Assembly: GCF_964355755.1 (NCBI RefSeq) | Contig: NC_092678.1 | Coordinates: 25,561,365-25,625,364, forward strand | Direction: 5' to 3' | DNA from: Antedon mediterranea | Lineage: Eukaryota > Animalia > Echinodermata | Length of the DNA stretch: 64,000 nucleotides | Made by a program: the position numbers and the translations under genes | Shown: piece by piece, positions 45,701-59,600 of the stretch | How positions within the stretch are numbered: the first letter of the stretch is position 1 | Layout: each line of letters opens with the position of its first letter | The notes under the pieces: model-generated | The model's input: only the letters and a program-made list of their open reading frames with translations | Told to the model about the DNA's origin: nothing | Database searches by the model: none

Positions 45701-48700
45701 CTATACACATAAGTAAATTTGATATGCCCATGATGATGTCATATCACTACCATATTTGGTCACATCACTACCATATTTGGGCATATCACTACCATATTTG
45801 GTCACATCACTACCATATTTGGTCACATCACTACCATATTTGGGCATATCACACTTTTTTTTTTTTAACTTAATACAGTACATACTTATATCATTTGTTT
45901 AGATTTCTCCTGTGTGTTTAAATGATAAGCTTTGTATTTTGTTATTTTATTGTATTATGTATTCTTCATCTAGGCCTCAGATATTAAAGCTGTGTTCAGA
46001 CAAAGGAAATCAAGTCCCTGCTAGCACCTCTGCCTCAGAGCAAACTCGGATTAAACAGACATCTAGCGATGGGCCTAGCAGGTCAGCCTCACAAACGACC
46101 TTTGATAAAATAGATTTAAGTAAAGAATACTTCAAAAGCAGTCTCCCAAAAAAATCACCTTCAGCGTCAAAAAGTTCTTCAGATGTTGATGACCCAGATT
46201 TTGAGCCATTTACAAAAAGCCCTCGTGTACGTACTCCAAAACGAACACTCAACAGAAAACGCTGCAAAACATTGGCATCGTCTACGGAGGAAGATGAAGA
46301 AGATGAGAGAGCAAAACCTGGTTCGTCAAAACAGAAGACCAACGAGAACCCTTGTTCACTTACGATACCATCGCCAATTACGCCCTCAACAGTGGCCAAT
46401 AACAATACCAGAGGTAGGCCTAAAAACAATTTACAGATATTTGCGAAATTTAAAATATTGAGAGAAATGGGTTAGTTAGAAAGTAGTCATAATGATTTAT
46501 TTTTAGGTGTGATTTTGAGAATTTTGTGGCTTGGTGGTTATGATGCTTGGCTACCAATCCAAGAGAGTCATGGAAGAAAGTCCTGTCAGGGTTTCTAATG
46601 ACAATTTATAACTCCACTCCCATAGACTTGTAATAAGACTTTGTTTATGTAGAGCATCTTGTGTATATGTTTGTTTTGTGAACAGGATTGCCACCTTTTA
46701 AGGATAGTGAATAATTCACTTATGGTTATCCATGGCAATTTGCCTAAATATATAAAAAAATAAAACATTTTTTTGTTGTTTTTCTTTCTTTTAGCCTCTT
46801 GTCCAGTATGTGGTGTTAGTGTTCTGGAGCGTTTCATTAACAATCACCTAGATAAATGTCTAGCTGGTGAAGGCAAAAAGGAATCCTTAAGGTAAAATAT
46901 AAGGCTACTTAAAGGCTATTGCATCACAGAAAAGTGGGTTCAAGCGAGAACTGTTTTAGGATACAGTAAACTTGACTGTCATCATGGGTTCAATTTCTGA
47001 CAACTCCCAGTCTACTCAGCTATAAATAAGTACCTGTTCGAAAATACTAGGGAGAATAAGGCAGCGTGGAAAGGAATTGGCCACCCTGCCACATAATCCA
47101 GAGCCTTAGTAAAATGAGCTCCTAACAGCTCATTACCCTATGTTCACAATTTAATAGCGGACCTTTACCTGACAATGTTTAATGAAGGCTACAGTATATA
47201 CACACGATTTAACACATTAATAATACTTTTTGTTATGTTTCTTTTCCTAGATCTAAAAAACGCCCTCTTCTAAAGTTTGTCTATAATCTGATGTCGGACA
47301 AAGAACTTCGGAAAAAACTGAAAGAATACAACGTCACAAATCAAGGAGCACGTCCAGTAAGATGAACTTTTCACCTTTTTTTTTACAAAATATTGATGTT
47401 GTGTTTTCTGTAATATTTGTAAAAGATTTCTTAAATTTCTGTTTATATTTTTTAGGTTTTAATAAAGCGCTTGAAAGATTTTTCCCTTTTGTACAATTCA
47501 TATTGTGACACAGACAATCCTAAATCAGGTATCGTATCAGTTTAAATATTAAATGCATGTAATTTAGAAGTGGATCTATTGTAACCTTTATCATATAGTG
47601 GCAGTTTAAAAAAATAGAGACTTGACATCCAGCAGCTACAAATGCAACTTTATTGGAGCTTTCCAATGTAAACTCCACAACAACATGAGTCTCTCCTCCT
47701 CAACCCATGAGGTCTCTCCGTCAACGTCCTCTATAGATGAGTGACATTCAATTACAGGGTTACACTGTTACCAAAAGACAGGTTATATTTTACATTAATA
47801 TATTTAACAGTAAAAAATGACGCTCCTTCTGCAATGGTATGATTATTATGTTCCACTGTCGTATGGTTTATGTGGAACCTTTTCATCTTTAATTTATGCT
47901 TTTGTTTATCTAAAGAAGTGTGGAAGAAGGAACATACTTATTATTATATGGTAACAATTCTTTGTTTTTTTAGTGGAGGCGATTTCAAAAGAATTTGCAA
48001 TTGCACAAAAGCAGAAGTTGAAGCATTCTAACGAGACAGTCAAAGATGTAAGTTATTAATTTATATTATTTCATGTTGCGATTATTTCTATTTAAATGTT
48101 ATTGTATAGAAACTTTTTATTCAATGTATTATAATAAATGGCTAAATACCAATTTACACAGACGAGCGGTAATGGTAAATACAATATAGAATCTATGTTA
48201 TTCCTTAATATAACCATTTACACACAACACGAAGAGAACGGGTGGTTTCCGCTTAAAATAGATACAGATTCTACATGAAACAAGCTATGTGGTTTTCTTC
48301 TTACCGTTAACGCTAGTCTGTGTAAATTTGCCTTTATTAACATATAATAATAATATATAACAAGTGCACTAAAATAATGATTTATTTTTTTCTTTAATTC
48401 TAAAGAGATTAGTTGTTGAGAAAGGAAACACGGATGAACAGTTTGATAAATCAAGGAAGAAGTATTGTAAGTTTTATTTTGTTTAATTTTTTAATTCAAC
48501 TCTGTCTACACTCTCAAACTTTATGTGACGAAAAATGTGATGTGCCCATATATGGACACGGTGACATCATATCACTACTATATTTAGGCATATCACTACC
48601 ATATTTGGCACATCACATTTTTTTTGTCACTTTATAAATGAATCTTGTGTGACAAATTTGTAATATTTTTGCATTTCTTTTAAAAAGTGGAATCGCATAA

Positions 48701-49816
48701 AAGTCAATTCAGTAAAATGATAGAAGAGACAAAAAGACGGCAACAAGAAATGAAAGCAAAGGCAAACAAATCAAAAGCGCCCTCAACAGATACAACTTCA
48801 TCTTCATCAATTGGTTCGCTAGAAGAAGCAGAAAACAAAGAGATTGAAGACAAGTTGGCAACAAGTAGTCAAGCTGGAACCTTAAGCACGGATCCTTTAA
48901 AGGCTCAAACACCAGACTTAACAAAATCCTCTCAGGTCGTGGCAGAGCAACAATCTGAGAATCATCAACTTGATGTCGAGGGCAGTAGAGTATTATCTAC
49001 AAAGTCAAGTTATTTTATGACAAGTGAATCTTCAGAAGGTGATAAAAAGTCTTTTTTTTTTTAAAGAAATCCCTTTCATCTTGTGAAACTTTGGAATTTA
49101 CTCCTAACACCATTAGAGTAAATTTTGTAGGCGATTAAAAACAAAACCAATAATAAATGTTTTCTTGTTTCCCTAGCAACTCAAGAAACCAATGAGGTTA
49201 ATGCATTGGTTTTAACACCACAAAGCGAAATATCTGCAGATGAGGAGGACAAAGGTCAAAATAACATTGTAGTAAGGTAAGCAGAACTTTTCTTTCTTCA
49301 GCTCGATTATTTTAATTGTTATTTACACACCAAATTCAACAGACAAATACATGACTCACTAATGTGGTGGGAAACCAATGCTTTCTAGTTTCATATGAGG
49401 ATTATGTAGTGGCATTGTATTGGCTATGACAGGACTCGAATTAAGGACCCTGGGATTGTTAGGCAAGCAAACCAATGCTTTCTAGTCTCATATGAGGATT
49501 ATGTAGTGGCATTGTATTGGCTATGACAGGACTCGAATTAAGGACCCTGGGATTGTTAGGCAAGCATTTCAATCGCCAATCGACTGTTCCACTCGTCTCT
49601 GACACAATTTATGCTAAGTAAAGATCCAGACAAGTACAGTAGGCTCTTTTGTAAATATGTGGCATTATAATTTGTTGTTTTTACTTTTTCTTTTTCAGTC
49701 CTGTGTTTCCAGCAAAAGTATCTCGTCGAGTTGGAACAAAACGAAAAGATGATCGTTGTAGCGAGGATGGAGTTGAAAGCCGCAGAAGCAAGCGTAATAA
49801 ACCGGATTCTCAATAA
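42777..49816 (+). CDS. RAD18: E3 ubiquitin-protein ligase RAD18
   Basis: Exons 42777-42836, 45230-45311, 45549-45681, 45974-46413, 46795-46891, 47251-47356, 47456-47528, 47974-48047, 48406-48466, 48688-49038, 49177-49276, 49699-49816 are in frame. RING (TIDTLLRCPICYEF...PECSHNFCSLCIR...QCPTC), UBZ4 (CPVCGVSVLERFINNHLDKCL), SAP (VYNLMSDKELRKKLKEY...LIKR...LYNSYCD), Rad6-binding-like HKSQFSKMIEE and a basic C-terminus. Confidence 0.93.
42926..44368. mobile_element. 1443-bp non-autonomous DNA transposon with 25-bp TIRs and 4-bp TSD (Sola2-like) in RAD18 intron 1
   Basis: ATGT|GGGTCATTCTTCAGTAAGTGTCTAA ... TTAGACACTTACTGAAGAATGACCC|ATGT; dispersed GTGACGGA motifs on both strands. Confidence 0.85.
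44387..45030 (+). mobile_element. 5'-truncated CR1/L2-group LINE (C-terminal end of ORF2, 3' UTR and microsatellite tail)
   Basis: ORF 44445-44960 with VRPHLEFCVQVWNPY..KDINVIERVQRRATKLV, LGLTTLYDRRIRGDLIEAYKI, TRGH, FSQRVINHWNSLP; (CTAAA)n tail at 45008-45030. Confidence 0.93.
45700..45868. mobile_element. MITE family A copy (reverse orientation) in a RAD18 intron
   Basis: Five tcactaccatatttgg units plus core sequence. Confidence 0.75.
46980..47170 (+). mobile_element. SINE-like remnant
   Basis: B-box-like ggttcaat, central gtctactcagctataaataagtacctg block resembling conserved SINE cores, and an acctttacct tail. Confidence 0.45.
48146..48334. mobile_element. MITE family D copy
   Basis: ccaatttacacagacgagcggtaa ... 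ttaacgctagtctgtgtaaatttgcct inverted ends. Confidence 0.7.
48498..48632. mobile_element. MITE family A copy (reverse orientation)
   Basis: ctctgtctacactctcaaactttatgtgac end, core sequence and two units. Confidence 0.75.
49372..49567. repeat. Near-perfect tandem duplication of about 97 bp containing a tRNA/SINE-head-like segment on the minus strand
   Basis: aaaccaatgctttctagt.tcatatgagg...gacaggactcgaattaaggaccctgggattgttaggcaagc x2. Confidence 0.85.
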
Positions 49817-50683
49817 ATTTATGAATAAACATACAAATATTACACAATTTATTTTTATTACTGTCTTTTCTCGAAAGAGTACAGAAATGAATCAATGTTA
49901 TCAACAAATTTAAAAAGCTGGGGGAAAAAACTTAAGGCCATGAAATTGAATGTATGCTTAAATTTGAATTAATAAATTTGCTGTGAATTTATCATGTTTT
50001 TAATGGAAAAAAATATTATTAGCATATTGATCTATTTAAATCATGACAGATCTATTTAATGGAAGTGAGCCCTCTATGATTGTATGATTTCTTTATGTAT
50101 TGTAAATAACAGTATGTAACTTACTAAGAGCATTAAAATCTATTACCAAAACGAATAATAAACAACAGTGTGTTTATTGAATTGAATATTGATTTGTTTA
50201 TAGAATAAATAGGATGATATTGAAAACTTCAAATAAAAAAAAATCATCAGAAGTAATAGTAGGGCGCTTGTTTACTAATACTAAAGCTCTCAAAGTTTAA
50301 TTTTTATTTACTTTCACAACCACATCGCCTCATAATATTAAATTAATTAACTCATTTATAAATATACGTTTAGTAGTAGTTTTTTTTATTACATCTTTCA
50401 AACAATTCCAATATAAAACAGTTAAAAATCAACCTATTTATGTTTGGTTTCTTACACTCAATCGATGCTCGTTTGTTTTTAAATTTCCCACAATGCACAC
50501 TAATAGAGCACGCGCAAAATCCAGCGATGTTGTGTTTTTGAAGAGCACATGTGCCCGTTAGACGATACGATGTGAGGACCCTTGCTGAAAGTTTTGACCT
50601 TTCCCTGCCTTGACGGCAATTTAATTTCCCTTATTACAAGTAAATTTATTAGCATTTTTCAAGCTTTTATCCAAAGCGACATC

Positions 50684-53600
50684 ATGGGAATTACAGGATT
50701 TTTAGACTACGTAGAACGGAATTGTCCGCAAGCATGTGAGCGAGTCGATTTGGGTCAGGTAGCGTTGAAGCGCCTGAACACTCGACGGGGACGGGCTCCT
50801 GTCGGCCAAAACCCCCTGAATGTGATTGTTGATGCCGACAGTTGCTTGCACAGACTATATGGAGGTAGTTTCACCGATTGGGTATGTGGTGGACAATGGA
50901 ATAGCATGTTCCAGTTTATCGATAACCTTGCAAAAGCATGCAGAAGTCACAACATTAAACTGGTTGTGTTTTTCAAAGGGAGCCTGGACACTCACCACAC
51001 ACATGAATGGATAAAACAACAAACACAAGGAAGAAACACAGCTTATCAAGCTCTTTGCCATGTTCATAATAAAGGCACTCCCCCACCAAAAGTATGGTTT
51101 GTGCCTCCCGTTGCATTAGGTAAGTTAATTATAGTAAAATATATGAAATGAATGGTTTGTTTTGATTGTGATTCTTTCGGAATTGACTGCATCCGCTGCA
51201 TGCAAATGTGGGGCAGTTGGCGCGTGTTGTGTGGTCACAGGCTCAGCCAACCAGGGTCGTTTGTTGACCACATTTTTATGGTAGAGTAGGTAGCCTGTTA
51301 ATGTTTGTAAACATAGGATGGTGAAGAAAACAATTCATTAGTTTTAGGTCATATGCCTACTACTACACCTAGGGCCTAGAGTATATTATAAAAAGGTGGT
51401 AGGCTAGGTATAACCGATTATAATTTCTGATCAAATATTTTAAAGCGTACATATTGTAAACAACATTGATTTTATCCATCTATTTATCTATCCGCGAAAA
51501 TGTGACGTTCATATGATTAATGCACTTGTCAATTGTATGACCCACTATATGACCCCCGGGAGAGGTGCGTCATTTGTCCGATGTGCGTCATACCTTTGTA
51601 TACCATGACGCACTGGTGCGTCAAAAATGTGACTTACCTTTAGGTGACCATGACGCACCCATTTTGACGCACTGTGACCATGTTGTTTATGATATGGTGG
51701 GTGGTAAAGTGACGGACATTGACGCACCTTGTTCATTTATGTGACGTACCATCTAGGTTTTTTGACGCACCCCTGCGTCAGTAATTATTTGTAAATGACG
51801 CACCTCTCCCGGGGGTCGTATAGTGGGTCATACAATTGACAAGTGCATAAACTCCAGAAACAATTCAATTAAATTCAATGATTTTTCATGTTTATAATTT
51901 TATTCTTTTTAGTATCTCGCCTGATAATATAAACAATTATTTTGAATCTCCTCACTAAAGATCAGTCAGTAGAAAAGACAACTTAATTTGTACAGTGTCA
52001 ATTTGCTGTAATGAGACATAATTTTTTCATTATATAAAAAGATAAATATTAGGATGCAACTGCATCAAGATGGTTTAGCTGTTGTGGTGTGCTCCGCATT
52101 CGATAGTCGAAAAATTAATACACTCCACAAAATACTGTATTGTTGAAATTGATTTACTCTCTCTGGTTTTCGTTAATTTATTTGATTGTCTTGTTTAGTA
52201 CTTGATTCATAACCAACTTTCTAGGCTCTCATAATTGGCAGCCAGCTCAGGCAATGGATTACTTATTTTATATATTTATCTACAGTAGCCTAACATTTTA
52301 AGCTTATTGTGTTCCATTCAAAATATGGTAGAAAATAAATTAGCTGTCAATTAGATTAAATACTACCATAGTTAATTGATATACTATAAGTATAAACTAT
52401 AATTACTGTAAATCTATATTTTTTAAATAATTAAAAACATAAATCCTACTCAACACCAGATGCACTGATTATGTTTAAATAACATACAGTAGTATAAAAC
52501 TGACTCCAAATAATGAGAGGCAAGCCATGATTCAAGGTTTTGATCTTTACTTGATCATCATCATAATAAAGATTTAATCATGGCTTGCCTCTCGTTATTT
52601 GTAATCAGTTAAATCATGGAGAAATTTCTCCACATTGGTTAAATACTACTTAAATAATAGCAAAGCGTAATATGTAAATTAAAAGGTTCTTAGCCTTATT
52701 ATACTGGGCAAGATTTCTATTGTATAATAATAGAAAGTGCTTACAGACCTGGTTTGGAATCAAGGTCATTTTGGAAGTTGTTAGTGCATGTGGTAAATTA
52801 ATAGATTCTTTAGTGGCCTATATTCTAAAATTAGATGCTTCTGTTACAACACAAGCAACACAACAAAAGAGCTAAGGTTCTGCATGTGTGTTAGCAATAA
52901 TCATGTACTGTAACGGCAACGCTTGTAGAATGTTTTAGAACATTCACACAAAGAAATAAAATTGTTAATGTGTTCAAATGTCCAGGGTTTGTAACAAAGG
53001 ATAGTAACAATGTGTGTGCAGTATGTGCTTCTTGCTATGTCTTATTATAAACTACGCACTTATGTTGATTCAAGCTGTCTTTGTTTAGATACTGGCTCAC
53101 TCCCGCTTTATAGATCTCTTGGACTTGTGCCAAGAATGCCTCCATGTCTTAGTGTTGTTGACCTGTGTATAACGGAAGACGTTCTGTTTGTTGCTGTAGA
53201 TTGAAATAGGAACAAAATAAGTCAATACAATTGAGAAGGAATTTATAATTAGTTAATAAGCATTTTGTAGAAATTGGTTTTGAATGTCACAATCCTACAG
53301 TAGTAATAATTTATTTAGTTTTGTACATAATATTTTGATTAGTTTCATTGAGCTGAGTGGGTGGTTGTGAATTTAAGATAGCTTCAACAACAATATCTAC
53401 AGTATAACATTAACTGTTTTGTGTTAGAGCCAAAGACCCATGTATTTAAAGTGATTATTTCTTCCCTGAACAGAACTACAGTAAAGCATCCCAGTGGAAA
53501 TAAGCTTTTTGGGCTACTGTACTGTATCTTGGAAAATCTGTTATGTATTTATTTGTAATGTCAGTAATTTATGTTATCACTTTGTATGTATTTTTTATGA

Positions 53601-56600
53601 TGATTTTCCTAATAAAATCAAATCAACTAACTGTACAGAAATGCTGTCAGTGGCCGGACATTAAATATTACTATTACAGTATAAAAATATGAGTATCCTT
53701 GTACAGTACTGTATTCCTACCTTTTGATTTTATAAAATTTCAATGAAACCAGTTAGTTATAATTATTTTCAAAGATAAGTGCATTATATTGCTTAGATTT
53801 TATGATAAATATTTGTAATATTAATTACTTCCTAAGGTCGTTTTTCTTTATTTTGAGGTCAATGAACTAATACTAAGAACATCAAATATTTGTTTTATTA
53901 ACCACTTTGCTAAACTGATACATTACTCCTGTAATATTGATATTAATTATGAACATGGTTTTTAAGAAAGTCCATAAAATATTTAATCTTTGGAATCATT
54001 AAACTACAGTAATTAGCTGTTCAACCCAAATTTGTTATAAATTTATCGAACCTCATTAAAAATGTAATTTCATCCTCAAAATCTGCATGTGTGAGTCACT
54101 GTTTGTTGAAGAAGAAATAAGGAATAAAATTATTGCTATGTGTCATAATAAATCATTGATGGATGGTTGTTTGAGATGATGTACTGTAAACCATACCACT
54201 GTGTTGTGTTTTAACTCAAGTGACCATATTTGTTGTGTGTGTATTTAGTCAATTTAAAAGATTTAAACCAACTAAATGATTAAAATTCAAGTTTACATAT
54301 GATCTGTATGTTGTTAATTGATATTTAGCAAATTTATCTTAGCAATGTAGTTACAGGGAGGTGTACAGGATTACTATACTATTGTATTGGTGGAATTCAT
54401 AAAAAAAAAAGATTGTTAAATAATCAAGTGGTCATGTTCTTTGTGTTTATTTATTTAGTTTAAAAGGTTTAAACCAACTAAAGGTTTACATACACTGTAC
54501 TATGTAATGTTAATTGATGTTTAGCAACTTTATCAAGCTCTGTCTACAATATATTAAACTTTATGTGACAAAAAAAATGTGCCTAAATATGGTACACCTA
54601 GGTAGTGATAGGCACAAATATGGCAGTGATATGACATCATCATGTCCATATATGGGCACATCACATTTTTTTGTCACAAAGTTTGACACAGTACAGTAGT
54701 GTCGACAGAGCTTTACCGATGTAGTTACAGGATTATTATTGTATTTGAATTCATACAAAATAAACGATAGTTTAATAATCATCATTCTAGCTATTATCAC
54801 TATTTATTGTTTTTCACAATAATAATAATACATTTCATTCAAACTATTAACCTTGTACTGTTATAGTAACTGATTTATTACATTGAAGGTTGGTTATTGG
54901 TTTTTGTGGTTTTATAATTTTGATTTTTAACCAGGAAAAAATTGAGAATTAATGTGTGGTTTATTGGTATTTCAGTCTGTTTCTGCTGTGTGTTGATTTA
55001 AAAAAAACCCATTTTTATGAACCCTTCTCTTTAATTGGGTCATAAATCGATTTGATATGCATCATCACAGTTATGTTTGCTTTTAATAATAGATAATAGT
55101 GACAATAGTAAGCTGTAATGTTTACATACAGTTACAATAAAATAAATAAAATTCAGTAATTGCTTTTTTATGGATTAAATTATTTATACCGTTACACTAA
55201 GTCTACCTTGAATCAAGAAATAAATATATTTTTAATTATTGATAATAAATAAAACACATACAGTACAGTAGTAATATTTAATTTAATTGGTGTCCGGCGG
55301 GGGATAGTTTATTACCATTAGTTACAGTCTAATGTAAAGCACCTAGAGGGGTCAGTGATCCATTAGGCGCTATATAAATACTGTTTATTATTATTATTAT
55401 TAATTAAGATATCCTAGTGAATATCTTGACATTTCTCCAAGGTCAAGATCTTGTGTCTCTTTTGTATGCTCTTTTAAAACTAACTGTAAATGAATTGTAC
55501 CTGATGATTAGAGTTTATGTCAAAACGATTGTACTGCAGTAACTAGCTACTGTACATTTTTACTGTACTAATGTACTGTATGATCTTGGTTGTTCACTGT
55601 ACTTTAGAAGCCACTACTACAAACAGAGTGTGTACTGTATAATCTTGGCTGTTCACTGTACTTTAGAAGCCACTACTACAAACAGAGTGTGTACTGTATA
55701 ATCTTGGCTGTTCACTGTACTTTAGAAGCCACTACTACAAACAGAGTGTGTACTGTATAATTAATAAGTAAATTAAATGTAACTGTGTAGTAGTATAAAA
55801 ATGTTCACATGACCATCTTTCAGTAATACTGTAATATATTTCTATTCTAAAATCTAAAGCTCTGTCCACACTATCAAACTACAGTACATGTACAGTAGTT
55901 TGGCGACAAAAAAAAAGTGTGATGTGCCCAAATATGGTAATAATATGAAATCATCATGTCCATATGGGCACATCACATTTTTTTGTCACATAAAGTTTGA
56001 TAGTGTGGACAGAGCTTAAACTAAAGTCATCTTCAACTACTGCTTCCATATCATGAGCTATAGTAACTCTATTGCTCATACAACTAATATTTAGTATTGA
56101 ATGAATTTCTTTGTTTATTTCAGACACTTGTATTCGACTCGCTCTTCGTCAGTGCGGCATCCAAACAGTCTCCAGCTTCCGTGATCATCAGTACGAAGTG
56201 ATTAATTACCTACGTTACCATGGTTGCCAAGGCGTTCTGGCCCAAAGTGCGGACTTCCTCATCTTTGACCCCCCTCAGGTGTTCTCCTCACATCATCTGA
56301 AATTAACAAGGAAGGGTGAACTGTTAACGTTACAGTATCATGTGAATGAGATACTGAAGGTATTGGATCTCCACCCTGAACGATTCGTTGTCTTTGCTGC
56401 CTTGTTAGGTAAGTAAAGTGGTTAGTTTGAAAAATAGACAAGTCAGTAAAGAATAAATAAATATAATGTCATATTGTAGTTCTATAACTGTGACTTAAGG
56501 CCATTTTACACAGATGAGCGGTAACGGTAAAGCGTGGTTCCCACTAGCGACGCAACGCAAGGACGTAACGCAACGCAAGTGAATTGACCAATCACAAGCG

Positions 56601-59600
56601 ATGGCTTATTCGCTTGTGATTTCTAACTGTCTACTGTATAACTTCGCTTGTCATTGGTTAAAACGCTTGCGTTGCGTTTACGTCCTTGCGTTGCGTTCTA
56701 GTGGGAACCAAGCTTTAGTGGAAAACTGCGTAGTTGTCCCACGTAGAAATTGTATCTATCCTTCGCGTTGTGTGTAAATGGTCATAAGGAATAACAATAA
56801 ATTGTTATGACCGTTACTGCTATTGGCATTTAGTAAAAGAATAAGAGCTTAGGAGGGTGGTGGTCAGCATCAAGTAGAACATTAAAATTAATATGGTTTT
56901 TTTTTTAGGAAATCACATTTTAGCAGAAGAAGACTTGGCTGTGTTCCAGTGGTCCTTGCTTGGACCTGAACATCCGCTTAATGGTTTGCGGGTAAGTCGG
57001 CTAAATATTAAATGTTATAAATTCACTTTCCAACAAAAGCTTTAAGCCACAATGTTTTTTTTTATGTGTTTGTGTGTTGTTTAAAATTCAAATCCAGTAT
57101 ATTGTTCTTTGAGAAATTTCATCAACAATAAAAATGACTGCGTACATCTGCTTATGAAATTGCTGAATGCGTTTTGTAAGAGAAAATTCTTGGTTGATAG
57201 AGAAATATTGACTCCCTGGGGAACTATACTACTCAGCATCGTAATACATTAGATTGAAAATGGTGATGTTTTGGCATCAAGCCAAGTATTTAACGTCGTC
57301 ATACAAGCCAATACAAAGCATGTGAGTGTATACTAATCACTTTGTCTCTTCATAATAGTTCTAAAATTGATAATATTTAGCCAAATTTATTTTAAGATTT
57401 TATTCACCTGCTACAGTATATTGCTTTTAATGTGGTGATTGTAGCACAGGGAATTATTTGTTTACATGTGCCTATTACTTATTTACATGTGCCTATTACT
57501 TGTTTACATGTGCCTATTACTTGTTTACATGTGCCTATTTTCTTTTGTTTTGAATGTTACATTATGATAATATGTTATATGACCAGAACTAAATATAACT
57601 ACCGTATATCCTCGGGTATAATCCAACTTCGGGTCTAATCCCACCCCCTACTTTACAGTATGTCTGATTTCACAAACATGCATATCCCTGTGTATAGTCC
57701 CAGTATTCACCTTTGATCTCTCTAGCCAGTTCAGATGAGTTTTTACAAGAATTGCTTACCAGTCATTTTTTCCTGAACCAAGGTTTCTCTAGGTATATTC
57801 CCACCCCCAAAAGTCGGCCCAATTTTGTGTTCTAGGTACTGTAGGTGGGACTATACCAGAAAATATTCAGTATTATTCAGTGTTATGGGATAACGGAATG
57901 TGGGAAAATAATCTCTGCAGTAAATCTCTGTTTACACTATCAAACTAGTTTCACAAAAAAAGTGTGATGTGCCCAAATATGGTAGACATCATCATGTCAT
58001 ATATGGTACATCACATTTTTTGTCACATACAGTACAGAAAGAAAATACTGCAACTTTACCTACGAAGTAGCTTCGTAGATAGAACGTAGGCTACGTTGTT
58101 GGCTTCGTAGGTTCCATTGTTTGGCTTCGTAACCTCTACGAGCTATGTTCTGAACTTCGTAGGGAGTTCGTAACCAAAATAAACAACCCTACGATGTTCT
58201 TAGTGAAGTAAGGTGTGAAATTAATGTGTTAAATTTAATTGGCGGAGGACAAAGTTGTAAATTAATAAAAAATAAATAATATTTTTTAATCGTAATATTT
58301 TCCTTCGTGCGTGTTTACCTACTCAACGGCAAATATAAATTTCCCACGATGTATAACGTAGAGAGAGACACGATCCAACACAGGTGAACCCCCGGGTGAA
58401 CCGCAACGAACAGGCCAACTAATAAACATAATATAGCGAACGTCCCATCCAGAAACGATGCCGAGAAAAAAAGATCGTAAACAATTCATTCTAAATATAG
58501 CATCAGGACGTTCAATCGGTCGTTCAAAAAGACTGCCGACAGAACGACCGTAATTAATACAGACCTAGTTTTTTTTTGGGTCACTTGGCATGAAACGCGA
58601 TACTCTCTGCTTACCGCAATCTCTCACATGTTTTTTTTTTTAGGGTGGCTACCGTCTGACGACGATAAAACAGTAATTAAGATCGTGTACCTGGATTTTT
58701 TGTCACATGACATGAAACATAATACTCTCTTTAAACTGCTCAGCTCACATGTTTTTTCCCCTCCAAATTCTGGTCGGGCCTTTTTCTTTATACATGTCGT
58801 AATCATTTTAAAAGGCCTATTTATTTATGTTAAATCTTAATATGGAATATATATTTATTTTGCATATATTTTGTTGGTGTCCTTAGCCTAGTTGTCGTTG
58901 TTTTTATAATTCGCTAACCCAACAAGGTAGGAATAAATAATTTATAGTGTAGGCCGCCGAAACAGGCTAGCTAGGCCTAGCCTAGCCTCGGCTCTCTCTA
59001 CGTGAGCTGATGTCCACCGGCCCGATGTCGTTTCGTCGGCGGATTTCCGTCCAAATTAGGATAACAAACAATACATCGTAGGAGAGAACAATTACCTACG
59101 ATGTAGGGCGGCTACAAAAATTGACCTACTATCTTTAGGTAGGATTTTAATTAGCAAACAATACATTGTTTGTTTGCATTGTCCATGCTTCTACGAACCA
59201 CCCTACGATCGAGGCGTAGCCTAGATTTCATAACAATACATCGTAGGCTACGAACAATACATTGTAGGTAGGAGAGAACAATACATCGTAGGAGAGAACA
59301 ATACATCGTAGGCTACAAACAATACATCGTAGGCTACAAACAATACATCGTAGGAGAGAACAATGACCTACGTTCTACCTACGATTTACCTACGAAAGCC
59401 TACGCGTAGATACGAAGCAGTAATTTCTTTCTGTACTGTAGTTTGATAGTGTAGACAGAGCTTTACACCAGATTTCAAAATATAAAAAAACTTGTAATGT
59501 AGGTTTGAATTTACACGCATTTTTGTTCATGCTTTAAAACGTGCGTGTTTCTTATCTTCTAGGCGCGAGCAAACCAGTTAGTACTACCACCTTGTGATGT

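Noticed and set aside
46010-46429. Antisense ORFs over RAD18 and other exons (also 2350, 44567, 48709, 50855)
   Set aside because: Shadow frames of real coding sequence
46526-46595. tRNA-like sequence (gtggcttggtggtta...)
   Set aside because: An A-box-like start is present but the T-arm/B-box is degenerate and no cloverleaf forms; more likely a decayed SINE head than a tRNA gene
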